Assembly: GCA_000182565.2 (NCBI GenBank) | Contig: KQ257453.1 | DNA: 64,000 bases | Strand: one strand, 5' to 3' | From: Spizellomyces punctatus DAOM BR117 | Taxonomy: Eukaryota | Shown: positions 37,059 through 50,098 of the stretch, in pieces | Position numbering within the stretch: the first letter of the stretch is position 1 | Layout: every line of letters begins with the position of its first letter | Made by a program: the position numbers and the translations under genes | Notes under the pieces: generated by a model | Seen by the model: the letters and a program-made list of their open reading frames with translations, nothing else | Told to the model about the DNA's origin: nothing | Databases searched by the model: none

Positions 37059-38078
37059 ATGAAGGGACATTTCGTTTATGTCTGGTCCCTGTTGGCGGTA
37101 GCTGGCCTATATAACTTGATATGCTGCCTGCTATTTCGATTATCAGAAACTGAAAAGATAGCTCTTATCGTGGTGGACGTTCAAAATGACTTTCTTCCAC
37201 CTTCCGGTGCCCTGCCCGTTCCAGGGGGACGAGAAATTGTGCCGGTGGTCGAGAGGCTGCTCGAGAGGTGTGAGTGGGATCTAGTTGTGGCGACGCAGGT
37301 GTGAAATTTACGCTTTATCGGGCTCGTTTCACTGCTGACCTTATTTATGAAGGATTGGCATCCTCCAAATCATGCCTCATTTGCGTCCAGATGGGGCGTA
37401 GAACCGATGTCCGTCGTGGAATACGATTATATGGGAAGGCGAATTGACCAGATAGCATGGCCAGATCACTGCCTGGTGAGTGAGCTATGAGTAACAAAAA
37501 GATACCTAGAATCAAGCAAAACCAACATTGTGTTTGATCGGTGAGGTTGAAACACCCGGAGCAGCCCTTGCATTTCGATCAGCAGCTGGGACGATAGATC
37601 ACTACGTCCGAAAAGTATAGATCATAACCAGGTTGCAGAGCGCCATGACGACGTTGACCTGTCCAACTTCTGTAGGGCATCATTACAGATCTGGACGCTT
37701 ATTCTGCATTTGCTTATAGGGATTATATCGCGTACACTGATCTTGCGAGAAAGCTCTGGGAAAAGCGTATCTCCCACGCATATGTAGTGGGCCTCGCAGC
37801 GGATGTATGCGTTGTATCGACCGCAATAGATTCGATTGCCTTTGGGTAGGTCGACCTTTATTACGTGATAGTGTACTGCTCAATTCCCCTTGTACAACCC
37901 ATTGATCGACTCATCAAAATTACTGGGCAGATTCCATACTACTGTTATCACCAATGCCACACGAGCTATCAGAGGCAAAGAAGGCATGGAAGACATGAGG
38001 AGGCGTATCGAAGCATTTGGTGGTCGGGTCGCGTCTTTAGAAGATGAGCAGTTTCGAAGGTTTTGCCCCAGGTATTGA
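37059..38078 (+). CDS. PNC1: Nicotinamidase/pyrazinamidase, 5 exons, with a hydrophobic N-terminal leader
   Basis: ALIVVDVQNDFLPPSGAL, TQ|DWHPPNHASF, WPDHC, RK|G..DAYSAF and VVGLAADVCV. The D/K/C triad is present. Confidence 0.92.
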
Positions 38079-38175
38079 TAGATACGGGGGTGATAAACAA
38101 AGATTTCGGCTTTGATTCTTCGTTTGAACCTGCGAGGTTTTATTGAATTCACATTATATATACATCGTATTTACT

Positions 38176-41100
38176 CTATCTATGGTCATCCAGAGGCCGC
38201 CAGTCCATGCTCACCATGGCGCTTGGCCGTGGGGCGTCTATGGCCGCTGCAAATAAATTCAAATTATGTTTTCCGCATACGCGCCTCAGTATTGTGAGCT
38301 CCCATTGACACTCGCAGGCGATCAGCACCCGCTCCGCCCACTGTACGTTGAGAATGTGGTGAAGTGGAATTACCTCGCTTGGAGAGAGGATGAATGAGCA
38401 CGTTGAGGGTAGGGGGTACGGCACAATCTTGGAACGCCCCGAATTGATGCGACATGTTAAAGACAATCTTGCGGCATCCAGATCTGAAGTGGATCTCTTT
38501 CCGGTAGTGTCCCAACTTCCAGGGATCCCAAATGCTCGCTCCAGCCTCGTCAATCGGGCTATGAGCATAGCCGCATAAAAGGACGTCAAGGCCCCATTAA
38601 GTCGGTGTACAGCGATACATCTCTTCCACATATGTGCACATTTATAGGCATCTCCGTGCTGGAGTAGGACCTGAAGACCTTTTGCGCAGTGAGCGGTAAA
38701 ATCGTTCAGTGTACAAGTTCTGTTTTTTGATGTCTGCCGGATAATATGGCGCACTAACTTAGTGATTGCGAGAAGTTCGCGATTTGCTGAAGATCGAGGA
38801 TGTTCGTTGATGGCGACCTCCTTTAAATGAAGCGCCCAGGAACTGATTATATAGAATATGTTCAGATGAATGGTGTGCATTGAAGGCTTTTCACAATTGT
38901 CGTGTTTAGAATGGTGAAGTGCACGTATATAAGCGGTCAATCAAGGTGTTAAGTCGAGAAAGTCGATCTTCTGGCAAAGCTGCTTACCATTTTGACGGGT
39001 ATTTTCTCCGCGCACTGGATGAGAAAACCGCAAGTCTCGAGTGCTGCCTGGACCCATACCTCCAATTCTTCTTGATTCGCTGATTGTATTTGTATGACTT
39101 CCACCGCCAACATTAGCATGAGATCAGTATATCGGTAGTGGGGTGTGAACGCCTCCGCATGCTAGTGGCACCCAATGCAGCTCGAGGTCAGTAATCAGAG
39201 CAAATTAAAGAACATGGATGCAAGGCCTACCGAAGCATCCAATACTTGCTCCTGGGCAATCCTATACCAATTCAGCATTTCCACCTTTTCTACTGCCTGG
39301 GACATAGCAGCGGCAATAGAGCAGGCTGGATGGTGCCCCAGCCCACCGGTTACATCACATTCACTCAGGGTCTTGTACATCTTGATGAGCACGTCTGTGT
39401 ACTCTTGTCTCCTTCCCAGAGTATGTAGGCAACTGCTGAAAATTGTCGCATTCAGATGGGCCAAAGGACTACCCTGCATGTTTTGTGCTTCATATAACGC
39501 ATTGACCTCTCGCGCAAACTTCTCGCATAGAGACCAATTACCGACGGCATATAAATATCTGACATACGTCTGTCGCGCGAAGAGAGTATCGGCCGAATTG
39601 GGGCATCGTTCAAGATATTCAGCGCCAAGCGCAATATATTTGGATGAAAGCTTAAACTTGCACCGATTGAGGAGCCCAAAGCCAAGTGCCATTGAGTAGA
39701 ACGCAAGGTACGCGGGCTTACTGGTGGCAAGGGCACTTGAAAATGTCAGCCCCGTCAGGCATAAGAAAGCGTTGTAATCAGGTCGACCCATCAAACTGAG
39801 TTGAGTAAGCATGGTACGATATATTTCTAGCACCTCGGTGATGTGCCGGATCCTCTCCGGCACGGCGTGCTCTTCATTGTCATTTGAAACAGGTGTGATC
39901 TTCTTGAATTTGCCAGCTTCTGACTCGAATGCAGCAAGTCCGAGTTGTTCCCTGCGAGCATCGTCTTTTGCATTCAAGATGCGGTATTGGACGAGCATTT
40001 GACGGAGCAGTTTCAATTTGTGACCGATAGATCCTGGAGTCGGTAGCTTAACATTTAAGATAGCTAGTGCTGCTTTGCATTCCATCACGCCAGCTGTATA
40101 ATCCCTGCAAAATGTACAAGGCCCAATTAATGTAATCTGCCTTTGAAATGGAGATCACACAACCTCCGCTGTCCGTACCAATTCTGCTCATACAATTGCG
40201 CCAGTCGTCGATGATGCCTTGCTAATTGAATCTTATCAAATGGTACATCCTCAGGATAATCTTCCAGAAGCTTTATCAGCCGATCGTATGCTGCTAATCC
40301 CAACTCTGCATGCCGCGATTCTTCCGCATAAAACACGAATGCCATCTCTGCATACTTTATCTTTCTGGCACCGTTTCCAGAACAATGATCCAAATGGAAA
40401 ACCAGCATGGGTAGCGCATCTTTCTTGTTTAATGGGGTCAACAACGCGGTATAGTAGTTCGCGAAAGAGTTATGCAAGTCTTCGCGCCTATCCGGCGGAA
40501 GAGAGGCGTAGATACACCTGGCAATTGCGCTGTTAGCGACTCTCCTCAGCTAATGAGCAGCAAAGGTTGCTTACTGTTTAAGAACTATGTGGCGGAAACC
40601 CATGGCTGTGTAGGGTGAGGTATCGTCACCGATCATCAAACCTGGTAAATCGGTCGCTGGGACCAACATGTTCAGAGTGTCCACTTTGCTAATGTAGTCA
40701 TACAAAGAGCTAATGCTCGTCCAAGGAAGAGGGTTGTCTGTACTCTTGTGTGTTTCGCAAAGAACATGTGCGACCTCCCCCAACGTGAAATATTGCCCTA
40801 TTCAAAACACTTAAATTAGTGAAAAGGCGTGTGGGCTCAAGCTTTTTCAGATGCTTACCAGCTACTGAAGCCACACGGAGAATGCGCTTCAATGCCGCCG
40901 GTACCCTGTCTACTCTAAAATGCTAACGTATTTAGAGATTCTCCGTGTAAACATTAAACGAAAGAAACTTACTGCGAAATTATGGCAGAGCGCACATCTA
41001 CAGGCATCGGGATTTCCCTTTTCAGCTCGAAAGCTCTTATTCGGGGCATTGTGTTATTCACATCGCTCTCTCGTCCGGACTTTGCGCTGCTAGAGCCACG

Positions 41101-44100
41101 TGGATGGTTCGCATTCGGCAAAGGCAATTGAGAAGTCACTCGCAACGATTCACAGATGAGCTCGATGATCATTGGGTTGCCCTGGCTTCTTTGCCAGATC
41201 AGGTCTAAGAGACGAGGGTCGGTGGTTTCGGACTGCAGAACACTTTGTGCTAATGCCATGCTTTTTGGTCGATTCAGTGGCTGAAGCTCAATATGGCTAG
41301 TAAACTCAGAAGTCACAAGCCCAGTGAAGTTTGCTGCCTGGATATCATTGGTATACTCCTAAGATCCCAAACATCTTAGTAAGTTCCAGATCATCGCATC
41401 ATGCCTTGTGTTAATTACCTGAATGGGACGAGACGTGGTATAAAAGAAGACTTTTGGGCATCGCTTTACAAGATCTACTAGAATCGCATATCCGGCCGCA
41501 TCGCTAACAACAGTATCTTGTTAACCAGGAAGCAAGCTGCTTACTGTCTAGTTTACTGCGTGCAAGACCTACTGCCATTGGAGATCTTCGCAAAGAATCA
41601 TCACCTAAAAATGAACTCTGCGTAAGTAAATGACTTCCAGGTATTTCTGAGTCCTTGTATGCACCTTTATTCGGAGATGCATTGTTAACTTGTTTAGAAG
41701 TCGGGAAACTACAGCGACAATCTCCGAACTGAAATTAGCTGCTAAAAGCGGACTTGAAGACCTTAAGCGCTCTTGGTTGAAGCCAAGAAGATCATTGAGC
41801 TATGAAAAGAAAGCGGAGCATGAATGGACATGATTGCCCAACATTAGAAGTAGAAATACCACACACCACATCCAAGGATCTACCGCTCTCTCGGAGGAGA
41901 GTCATTATACTCGATACCTTCTTCCGCAAATGAGATCGCCCAAGCTGCCGAAGACTGCTCGATCGTGACACTAGCCGCATGTCACGAGCTACCGTACCAA
42001 TGTGTGCAGCACTGCTACTTGTTGAGGATCGAGCAATGGTGACCGTTTCGAGCTTTTCTGATTCTGCTTCATGAACGCGGTACTCAAGTATCCCGGTCTC
42101 GACATACTGTGCGTACACACGGTCAAATAGGCAGGTGAGAAATACGCGGATAGAGTAGAAAGGCGATAGTTTGTGGGTTTCGCTGGAGCGACTCTCACTG
42201 GGAGTCAACGTCAGATGTGAGTAACCGTGACAAGCACCGGTACACAACCGATTCGACGACTGATTCTTTTACCATATTACTGCATCCGGTATTGCTGCTG
42301 CCTGTTGCTTGATATACGCGCTTAATGCAGTCTTCCCGAGACCGGTTGCACCGCTGATCACTAGCCGAACCTACTCCAGCCATGAGCAGCAGCTTCAAAT
42401 TACTCAGAGGCTGAAGACCTCCGACGGATTCCCATACCGGAGTTATATCTTACCATCAAATCGTCCTTCCAGCGATCAAGAACCGTACCAATAAATGTCA
42501 ACTCGTGTTCGCGCCCAACGAGTGATGTGTATGTCGAGAAGCTTTGAGGCTCTGGCTGTTGCTTCCCGCGAAGGGGTAGGTAAACAGGAATAGGAGCATC
42601 GCAACCTAGAGCATTCTCCCGGATAATTAAGCTCGAGGGCGTGCATTCGAGAAAAACTAACCTGGTCAGCTAACCTTTGACCATGATCACACGCATGGAA
42701 GGATCAAACTCTACAGCTTCCGCACCTTCCATATACAGCGGTTCTGTACATAAGATGCCTCCTTGTGACAGCGGCTCTGTCATCAGTCGTGCTGCTTCGT
42801 TAACGGCTACTCCGAGTACCGTGCCGTCCCTTCGAGCCTCGTTACCCTTGTGACAAAATGGGTCGCAAGTCATTCCTGATCTTTGCGAGAAGAACATTTT
42901 CAATGTTGAGCCTCACCATAATGCCAGAAAAGCTGTTCACCACCAGAGAAGGAACAAAATGAGCGTCTGCAGGTCTACCAGTATAACCTTAGACTGTGAC
43001 GTGGTTCACTCACACAATGCCTTCGGAAACCCCTATACATGACTGTAGTCAGCCAGGTTTAGCCATACTACCAACCTCTGAGGTCAAAAATCGTACCTAT
43101 AGCAAAGTCATTGCCCACCATGCCCCGTAGTTCGTCGCGAATTTCCATGGCCGCGTAGAGAGCGAACACAGCATCACCCCGCTCATGGGTAAAGCCTTCA
43201 ACACCCCATACAAGAAGCTGTACATCGAAAAATCAGGTACTTCGCTTTGAAGAGTAAAAGCGAACACCCAAATAGCTACCGCAGTTGCACCTTTGTCGTC
43301 CACATTGAACTGACGAATGGTGCCCTCATATCGATGGATAGCTTCAAGGATGACAATCATGACACTCTGCGCTGTTAAGCTTGATGTAAAGTTCTATTAG
43401 CGAGAAGCTCTACGGGATCATAATGTAACCAGCGTTTGTCTCTCACAGCATTTCCATAGGATCATCAGTCGCTCCAAGTTTTGGCAGCCTGACGAACACA
43501 GCACAGATGTTTCGCAGCTCATTATGCATAACCTCAACATCTTCTTCGTTCTCCAAGTCTTGTAATATTCGCGATAAGCTTTCGTGTATATAGTCGTTAT
43601 ATCTTACAGAACCTTTTCCCTCGTTCTGCGAGGGCGTCGCATTTGGGTCCATCATAGCCGCCGTCCCTTCCTGTTCATTCTTCAACACATCAGGAAGTGA
43701 TGCCAGATCGACAGCATCCTCCTTGATGATGAAACATCCACGTCCATCACCATCGAGGTATGATTCATTGAGCGTTATTTCTCTTTCGTTTCGGATCACG
43801 GTGTTCGTGAGCAAGTTCCAGCAGGCAGCAGACATGCCGACTTCGCCAGATCGTGTGAATGGAAGAATGGCCATGGCATCCTCCACTGTATTATGTGGCT
43901 GTTAAACTAGCGAAGCATCATACAGGTGACATATACGCACACAACGTACCAGATGGCCCTGCAACAAAGTATTCCACACGTTCCCCCGCCCGTCCAACGT
44001 GCAATGCGCTGAACTCCCCACATCCTAAACCCATATGAATCTTCAAGGCAAACGGGACATATTTCTCTCTTCTTTCTCTCCTGAAGCCTGGTTCATGGTA

Positions 44101-44865
44101 GGGAGATTCTCGTCCAGTATGCGAGGAAAAAGTGGACAAAAGAGAGGCTTCTGACTTTGCTCGGTCTTCAGGAAAGTGCTCAGGAATTCTGATGGTGTAG
44201 CCCCGGAAAGTTTGCAGAATTTCGCAACAACATAAAATAGCAGAAAGGGTTGCTTTCGCGCAAGCATCCGGCATATTAGTGATTGTATCAACCTGACTGC
44301 CAGTTCGGGCCATGGCATGCTCTGCAGCCGGTTTGATGAGATTCTCGGGCGAGGGACTTTCGGCAGCCCTTGAGGATGGCAATGAATGAGCAAAGAATGT
44401 TGGATGGGACATTCTAGAGCATTGTTTTCCATGCTTTACTTGCCAGCAACAGATCAATGCATCCCCAACAAATTTCACCACAGATCCATTATGTCGGTGC
44501 ACGCAATCGATGAGTCCCGAGAATACTGGGTTGATGATATTCCGAATTTTAGCTCCTCCACCACTCCCAAATCTCTGCGCCAACGTCGTAGTCAACGTAG
44601 TAAATCCCTGTGTATTCAATGAGCCCACCGATTGCATTCTACTCAGATATTTGTCTCTTACCGATATGTCTATCACACCCACAGCTCCGGTATGACGAAA
44701 ACCAAAAGGCAGCGGAGGAAGCCATTCCTGCCCGCTATCTGTGCTTTGCAATCGACAAACCTTTTGCACATTTAAGGGCACAAATTTCTCCAAGTACTTT
44801 TCAAGTTTAGTTGGTGGTACTGCTATGGATTTGGATGGTATTGGGCCTAAGGATGGGGAGGCCAT
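38176..44865 (-). CDS. Soluble adenylyl cyclase (ADCY10-like): two class III cyclase domains, STAND/AAA NTPase and helical C-terminus; many exons
   Basis: C1: IDIS|GFTTL and VKFVGDAL. C2: RQFNVDDKG, IGVSEGIVFSGIMG and GTVLGVAVNEAARLM. NTPase: LVGREHEL, Walker A SGATGLGKT, Walker B ILCEDLQW and SQGNPMII. Confidence 0.9.
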
Positions 44866-45092
44866 CCTTGGATTTGCCGGCACACAAACAAAGCAGATGA
44901 TGGACACGGCGGCTGTATGTCAGCGTAACGGAGATAAACCCTGCATGATGATTGTCCTCGATGGATCAGACCCTTAAAATCTTAGGGTATGTTATATAAC
45001 ATGAAGCGATTTGATTGATGGTAGGTTCGACCTTGCTGCAATAAAAGGTGCGCATAATTACTGTTCGATTTATATGGACCCTAAAGCTACCC

Positions 45093-48000
45093 CTACGGGA
45101 TGACGATGTCTGGGCTAATCCAGTCTTCTGTGATAGTTTCCATTTCCGCCGAACTGTCTCGTTCAAATCTTACCCGGATCAGATAAGTACCCGCCCCGGC
45201 TGGTCCCGCACCTTGCATTGTGCCAGCCTCCTCAGTATTCCCTCCTTCCCATTCCCCAACATTCCCATCTCCACCATCATCGTTCAACAGCTCTCCTCGC
45301 CACAATAATTTGTAGACCAGCCGATTTCCTCCGTTTCGCCCTACCCAATTGAGGCGTCCTATTAGTCCCACACTGTCACCACCATTCAAGAGTTCGACCT
45401 GGACTTTGCGCGCAGGAAGCTGAAGCGAGAAGACAAGGGCTAGGACTTCGTCAGCCGGATTAAACGGAACGGGAGCTGAGGTGGTATTAGTAGCAAATGT
45501 GGTGTTATCCGGATACCGCAGGATATATGGGTAACTTCCGTTGGGTGGAAGCAGTGGAATATCCAGATACGATCCGAGCAAACCCAGATAGGTTGCATGA
45601 AGAGCTGTAGGCACAATAGAGTTTGTCGGAACAGCATTGATAACGCCACTAAATAGCCACTGTTCCGTAGCTGAAATGTTGGGCGGATATATGTGGACAG
45701 AAAGCTGCGTAGTTCCCAGGGCAGGAACGATGAGCGTAGATGTGTCGAACTCAGTGGTGGCAGGATAGTTGTTTGACTCTGCAGGAGGCACAATCATTGG
45801 GTCCGTCACATTAATCGACGACGCAGACGTGTGCGAGACCGAATATGCCACATCTTCTGATCCCGTATTATTGAATTGCAAGGTAACAGTGAAGGGTAAC
45901 GAAACGTTCGAACTTTGGCCCAGCCGAATCTTACTCGGTGTTAGTCTGACGGTGGTGTTGATAGCCGCCTGAAGATTGATTAGGCCTGTCCCTTGGGATG
46001 GGATACTCACGACCGTATTGGACAGAGTAGGATGGACTATTGGTATAGCGGTAGTTTGGAGAAGATTGACGGCTTCTATGTTGGTGAGATTTGGACCAAA
46101 TTTCTGGCGAAGGATGGCCATACATCCTGCAAGGTATGGGCTGGCCATAGAAGTTCCCGACAGCTACAATAAGAAAGATTATCTGCGGAAGAAGGATTCT
46201 AAGCGCCGCTAGACACCTACGGGATAGTAAGACCCTTTGAATACAGGGTAGGTTGAATAAACAATGCTTCCTGGTGCCGTAATATCCGGCTTCAACTCTA
46301 ATGAAGGTGCCGGACCCCACTACATCACTAGGCATTAGTCCTGCTCCACTACCAGAAGAGCGGCGACACATACACTCGAGTAATCTGCAATCCGTCCACC
46401 GTTTGGATTGTCCAGAACCTTTAATTCACCATCCAGCAGCAGCGTAACGTCCCCTTGCTGGCTTTCAATAATCCCTCGAATCCACTCCCCTTCAGCCTGC
46501 TCAATACTGAAAACAACCAACTCGGTCAAGGGCCTTTCCAGAGCAAAGCGATATAGGCCCTCCCGGTCATTCCATACAATCATTGCAATACCTCCCACGT
46601 CCCGGATGTTCACGGCTTTGCGATTAAACGTACATCCTCCGCGTTTCACCAACACTATAGATGAGTTAAAGCTTGCCGAGGATGGAAGCGGCGTACATGC
46701 GTCAGTAGGTGCGACACGGAGAGGAACATTGGTAGGCAACATGGTGATATTGCTAGTGCTTGCATACGTGACATTGTGACTAGCATTGGTGCTGAGAGTA
46801 AAAAATCCGCCAAGAAAGTACGTATTCTCGCACGACGCTACTGCCAGAGTTGGTGGAGAAACGGCTGGAGCAGGAGCCGACCAGAGTCCCTGTACACCGT
46901 AGTTTCCCTGTGCAGCGACGACAATCACACCGAGACGTGCCAGGCTTGTTGCAGAAACTGCCTCGGGGGTATCAGGCCATCCACCACTCGTTCCAATGCT
47001 CAGATTGACGATGTCCACCGCATCGGCGTACGCTTGTTCCAGTGCTTTCAGAATTAGTTCGCTATTTGTTCCACCTTCACATCCAAATACCTGGTGCAAA
47101 CAAGTGGACAAGGATTCTGGGGCGAATGCGTGTGATCAAAATAAACAAAGCGATAAATACCTTGTAGGCGGCCAGAGTTACATTTGGAGCCACGCCAGCA
47201 ACGCGATCATCTAATCCCGCTATAATGCCAGCTTTACATGTGGCTTAAAGGTTGTACCCCCGTGCATGTAGTTCCGCATGCAACCTACCGACGTGCGTTC
47301 CATGCCCAGTACTGTTATAAACCCGCATCAGCAATGGTAGCGCACGGTCAGAGGGCAACGCATAGCAAGCGGCTCACCAATCCATGGGATCACTGTCAGG
47401 AACCGGGTCCGGCCCATTCTCGCCCCGAAAGCCATCTCCTGCAAAGTCATATCCATGCGCAATTCTGCAACCTTCCCCGAAGCATCCACCCAGTGCCGGA
47501 TGAGTGTAGTCAACTCCTGTAGCAGCAACATTAGTCCACAGCAATTCTTTACTGGCAGCTGAATACCATTGGGAAGATTACCTGAATCCACTATGGCGAC
47601 TTTAACACCTGTCCCGTCAAACTGACCGATTACTCCTTCAACGCCAGTCATTCGATGGGTGAGGTGCATCAAAGGAGATGAAAGATGTGGATACACCCCA
47701 GAGATGTCTGGTGGGATCGGCGCTAATGGATACGGTCCTGCATAGTTCTCCTGGGTGCTGCCAAGTAATTATCAAAATCGAGATCGGCTTCCTGGATCCG
47801 TCGACTTACCACAGGCCAGATTCGTTCAACTGCATCAGTCTCATTGAAGTTGACTTTGTTCCTCTCGAGTAATTCGACGGAAAGTCCCCCAAAGACCTCT
47901 GGATACAGACTTCGCACTTTAATGAAGCCGCCTATTTCATACTGTGCACGAAACTTTGCCAAAGCCATTGAAAACGATATGGATTCATTCAGTCGTAGCT

Positions 48001-48103
48001 TAATGATGAGATTCTTTGATGTAGCTGGTCCAGCTATGATGGCAAGTTGACGCAGGACCATGAAGATGAGGAAACCTATGAGCTTGCTCTGTACAACGAG
48101 CAT
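45093..48103 (-). CDS. Secreted subtilisin (S8) protease with PA domain and C-terminal Ig/Fn3-like region
   Basis: VAIVDSG, GHGTHVAGII and LSGTSMASPYLAG triad; PA domain LVKRGGCTFNRKA; N-terminal hydrophobic signal. Confidence 0.93.
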
Positions 48104-48544
48104 TTTACAAAGTGACCCGGAAGAAAAGAAGAGAAAATCGAGTGGTCAAAGAAAGGCGAGAGGTCTGTGGCATTCCTGAACAGTGCCATTTAACTTGCTG
48201 TATGTATTGTGGAGTGGGATAGAATCCTGAAACATTGTCTTCCAGAATCACAGCCAAGAAGACCACTTTGGTTCATGCATGCATCTGTGCAATCAACCCG
48301 AAAGTATCCGTACGCTAATAACCAAGTGATGTGAGAGTAAAACTGTTGATATAATACCCTGAGACTCCAGCCTTTGAATGTCATTTACAGCAGGGAATAC
48401 ACCGTGGAATTCTCAGTTCCTGCTGCCTCAAGACTTGTGCCCTTGGTTGTCGTAATATCCAACCATCATATGGGAAGAGACATCTTTCCAAAAGGGCAAC
48501 CAAAACGATCAACCCGTAAAAAAAGTTTGCTGGCTTGCATCCGA

Positions 48545-48618
48545 TGCTCCCTACAGGGGTCGAACCTGTGACCTTGGCGTTATTAGCACCACGCTCTAAC
48601 CAACTGAGCTAAGAGAGC
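48545..48618 (-). tRNA. tRNA-Ile (AAT), identical to 29843-29916
   Basis: Exact reverse complement of the first tRNA, with a T-run terminator downstream on the minus strand. Confidence 0.97.
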
Positions 48619-48931
48619 TGTTGTTTTGTTTGTTTTGGCAATACATAATCATCCTATATTATAATGTCCCAACTGACAACCAGAACGAACGAGATGGCAA
48701 TGAGGGACTGCGTGCGCATGAAAGCAATTTGTAGCCTCGTCAAATCCCCATCCTAAAACTCTGTCACTCACTTTTACAGCTCATCCAGCTGATACGTGCA
48801 GGCCGAGCAAGAGCAATTCCGTCCAGTGACCTCCCATACGCGCTTTAGAGTTCTAGTGTTGTACTGTAGCATTCTGGTGCCTTTGCCAAGTTGATCTGTT
48901 TGCACCATCTGCCTGTCCGTTTCCTTTCACA

Positions 48932-49776
48932 ATGTCTGCCACTGCGTTCATGAATCGTACAGCTGGCCGCGCAGTGCGCTCTCATCTTCAGCTCAACCCT
49001 GCATCTACTGCCTTCCTGGTTTGTGATATTCAGGAACGGTTCCGGGGTCTCATTTGGAACTACCCTCATGTCATTAACACAGCGTCAAAGATGGTACCTA
49101 ACCAGCTTCTTCTAGTCAATTTGAGTGTCCCAGGTTTACTAATGGGTTCTCATGTCTCTGCAGCTGGACGCTGCAAAGCTGCTGAACGTTCCGGTCTTGG
49201 TAACGGAGCAACATCCCAAAGCACTTGGCCACACTGTACAAGAACTAGACATCAAACAAGCTCGCGTGATTGCAGCGAAGACAAAGTTCTCCATGTTTGT
49301 TCCGGAAGTCCAAGAGTTTATGAAAAAAAATCTTGGAGAATCACCGTCCGCGGTGCTATTCGGAATCGAGGTGGGTTGTAGTTTGTTTTCTCTATGCCGC
49401 ACGCCTACTGACATCGATTGTTGCGCGCAAGTCGCATGTCTGCGTGATGCAAACGGCTTTGGAGTTGCTGGATCATGATGTTAATGTTATTGTCTTGGCT
49501 GATGGTGTCTCGTCAATGAATCCTGGCGAAGTAAAGATTGCGATCAACGTGAGTTTAGGAAACTTTCTTTCGCCAAATGTCATAGCCTTGGATTCTGATA
49601 GATACGTATAGCGATTGCGAGCTGCTGGTGCCACGGTAGCCAGCTCAGAGTCGGTGTTGTTCCAGCTTATGGGCGACGCTTCCCATGAAAAGTTTAAGGA
49701 GGTGTCCAAGCTGGTCAAAGAGTATAAGGACAAGACCACAGGAGCTTTGGATGCGCTCGTGTCAGCAAACTTGTAA
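48932..49776 (+). CDS. Isochorismatase domain-containing protein (ISOC1/2-like), 4 exons
   Basis: [44 protein letters not shown] and [12 protein letters not shown]; ends VSANL*. Confidence 0.93.
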
Positions 49777-50098
49777 ATAGGTCCTCCATAGAGGATTACA
49801 ATCGTTGTTTGTAGTCACTATCGCGTTTGATAGGCAGGTTTCTGATTTCAGTATCACAACGGCCATAGGATCCAGAAAAAACACATTTTGAAGTATTCAC
49901 ATTGCCTGACTTTGTGCAGGGTTTCTTTAATCTAATATGTACCGTAAAAGTGAAGAGAAGGGGAACCTATGAAAACGTTTACGTTGACAGACTGCGTGAT
50001 TGTCGCGATTGGCGTCATACGGGTATCACACATGGAAGATTACCTCAATGGGTGATGGTTTTCAGAGGTGTTCCACCGATAAACTGAAGTGAAGATGC

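Noticed and set aside
37059..49776. PNC1 and the ISOC-like gene as an isochorismatase-family cluster
   Set aside because: They belong to distant subfamilies separated by unrelated genes, with no sign of tandem duplication or shared pathway.
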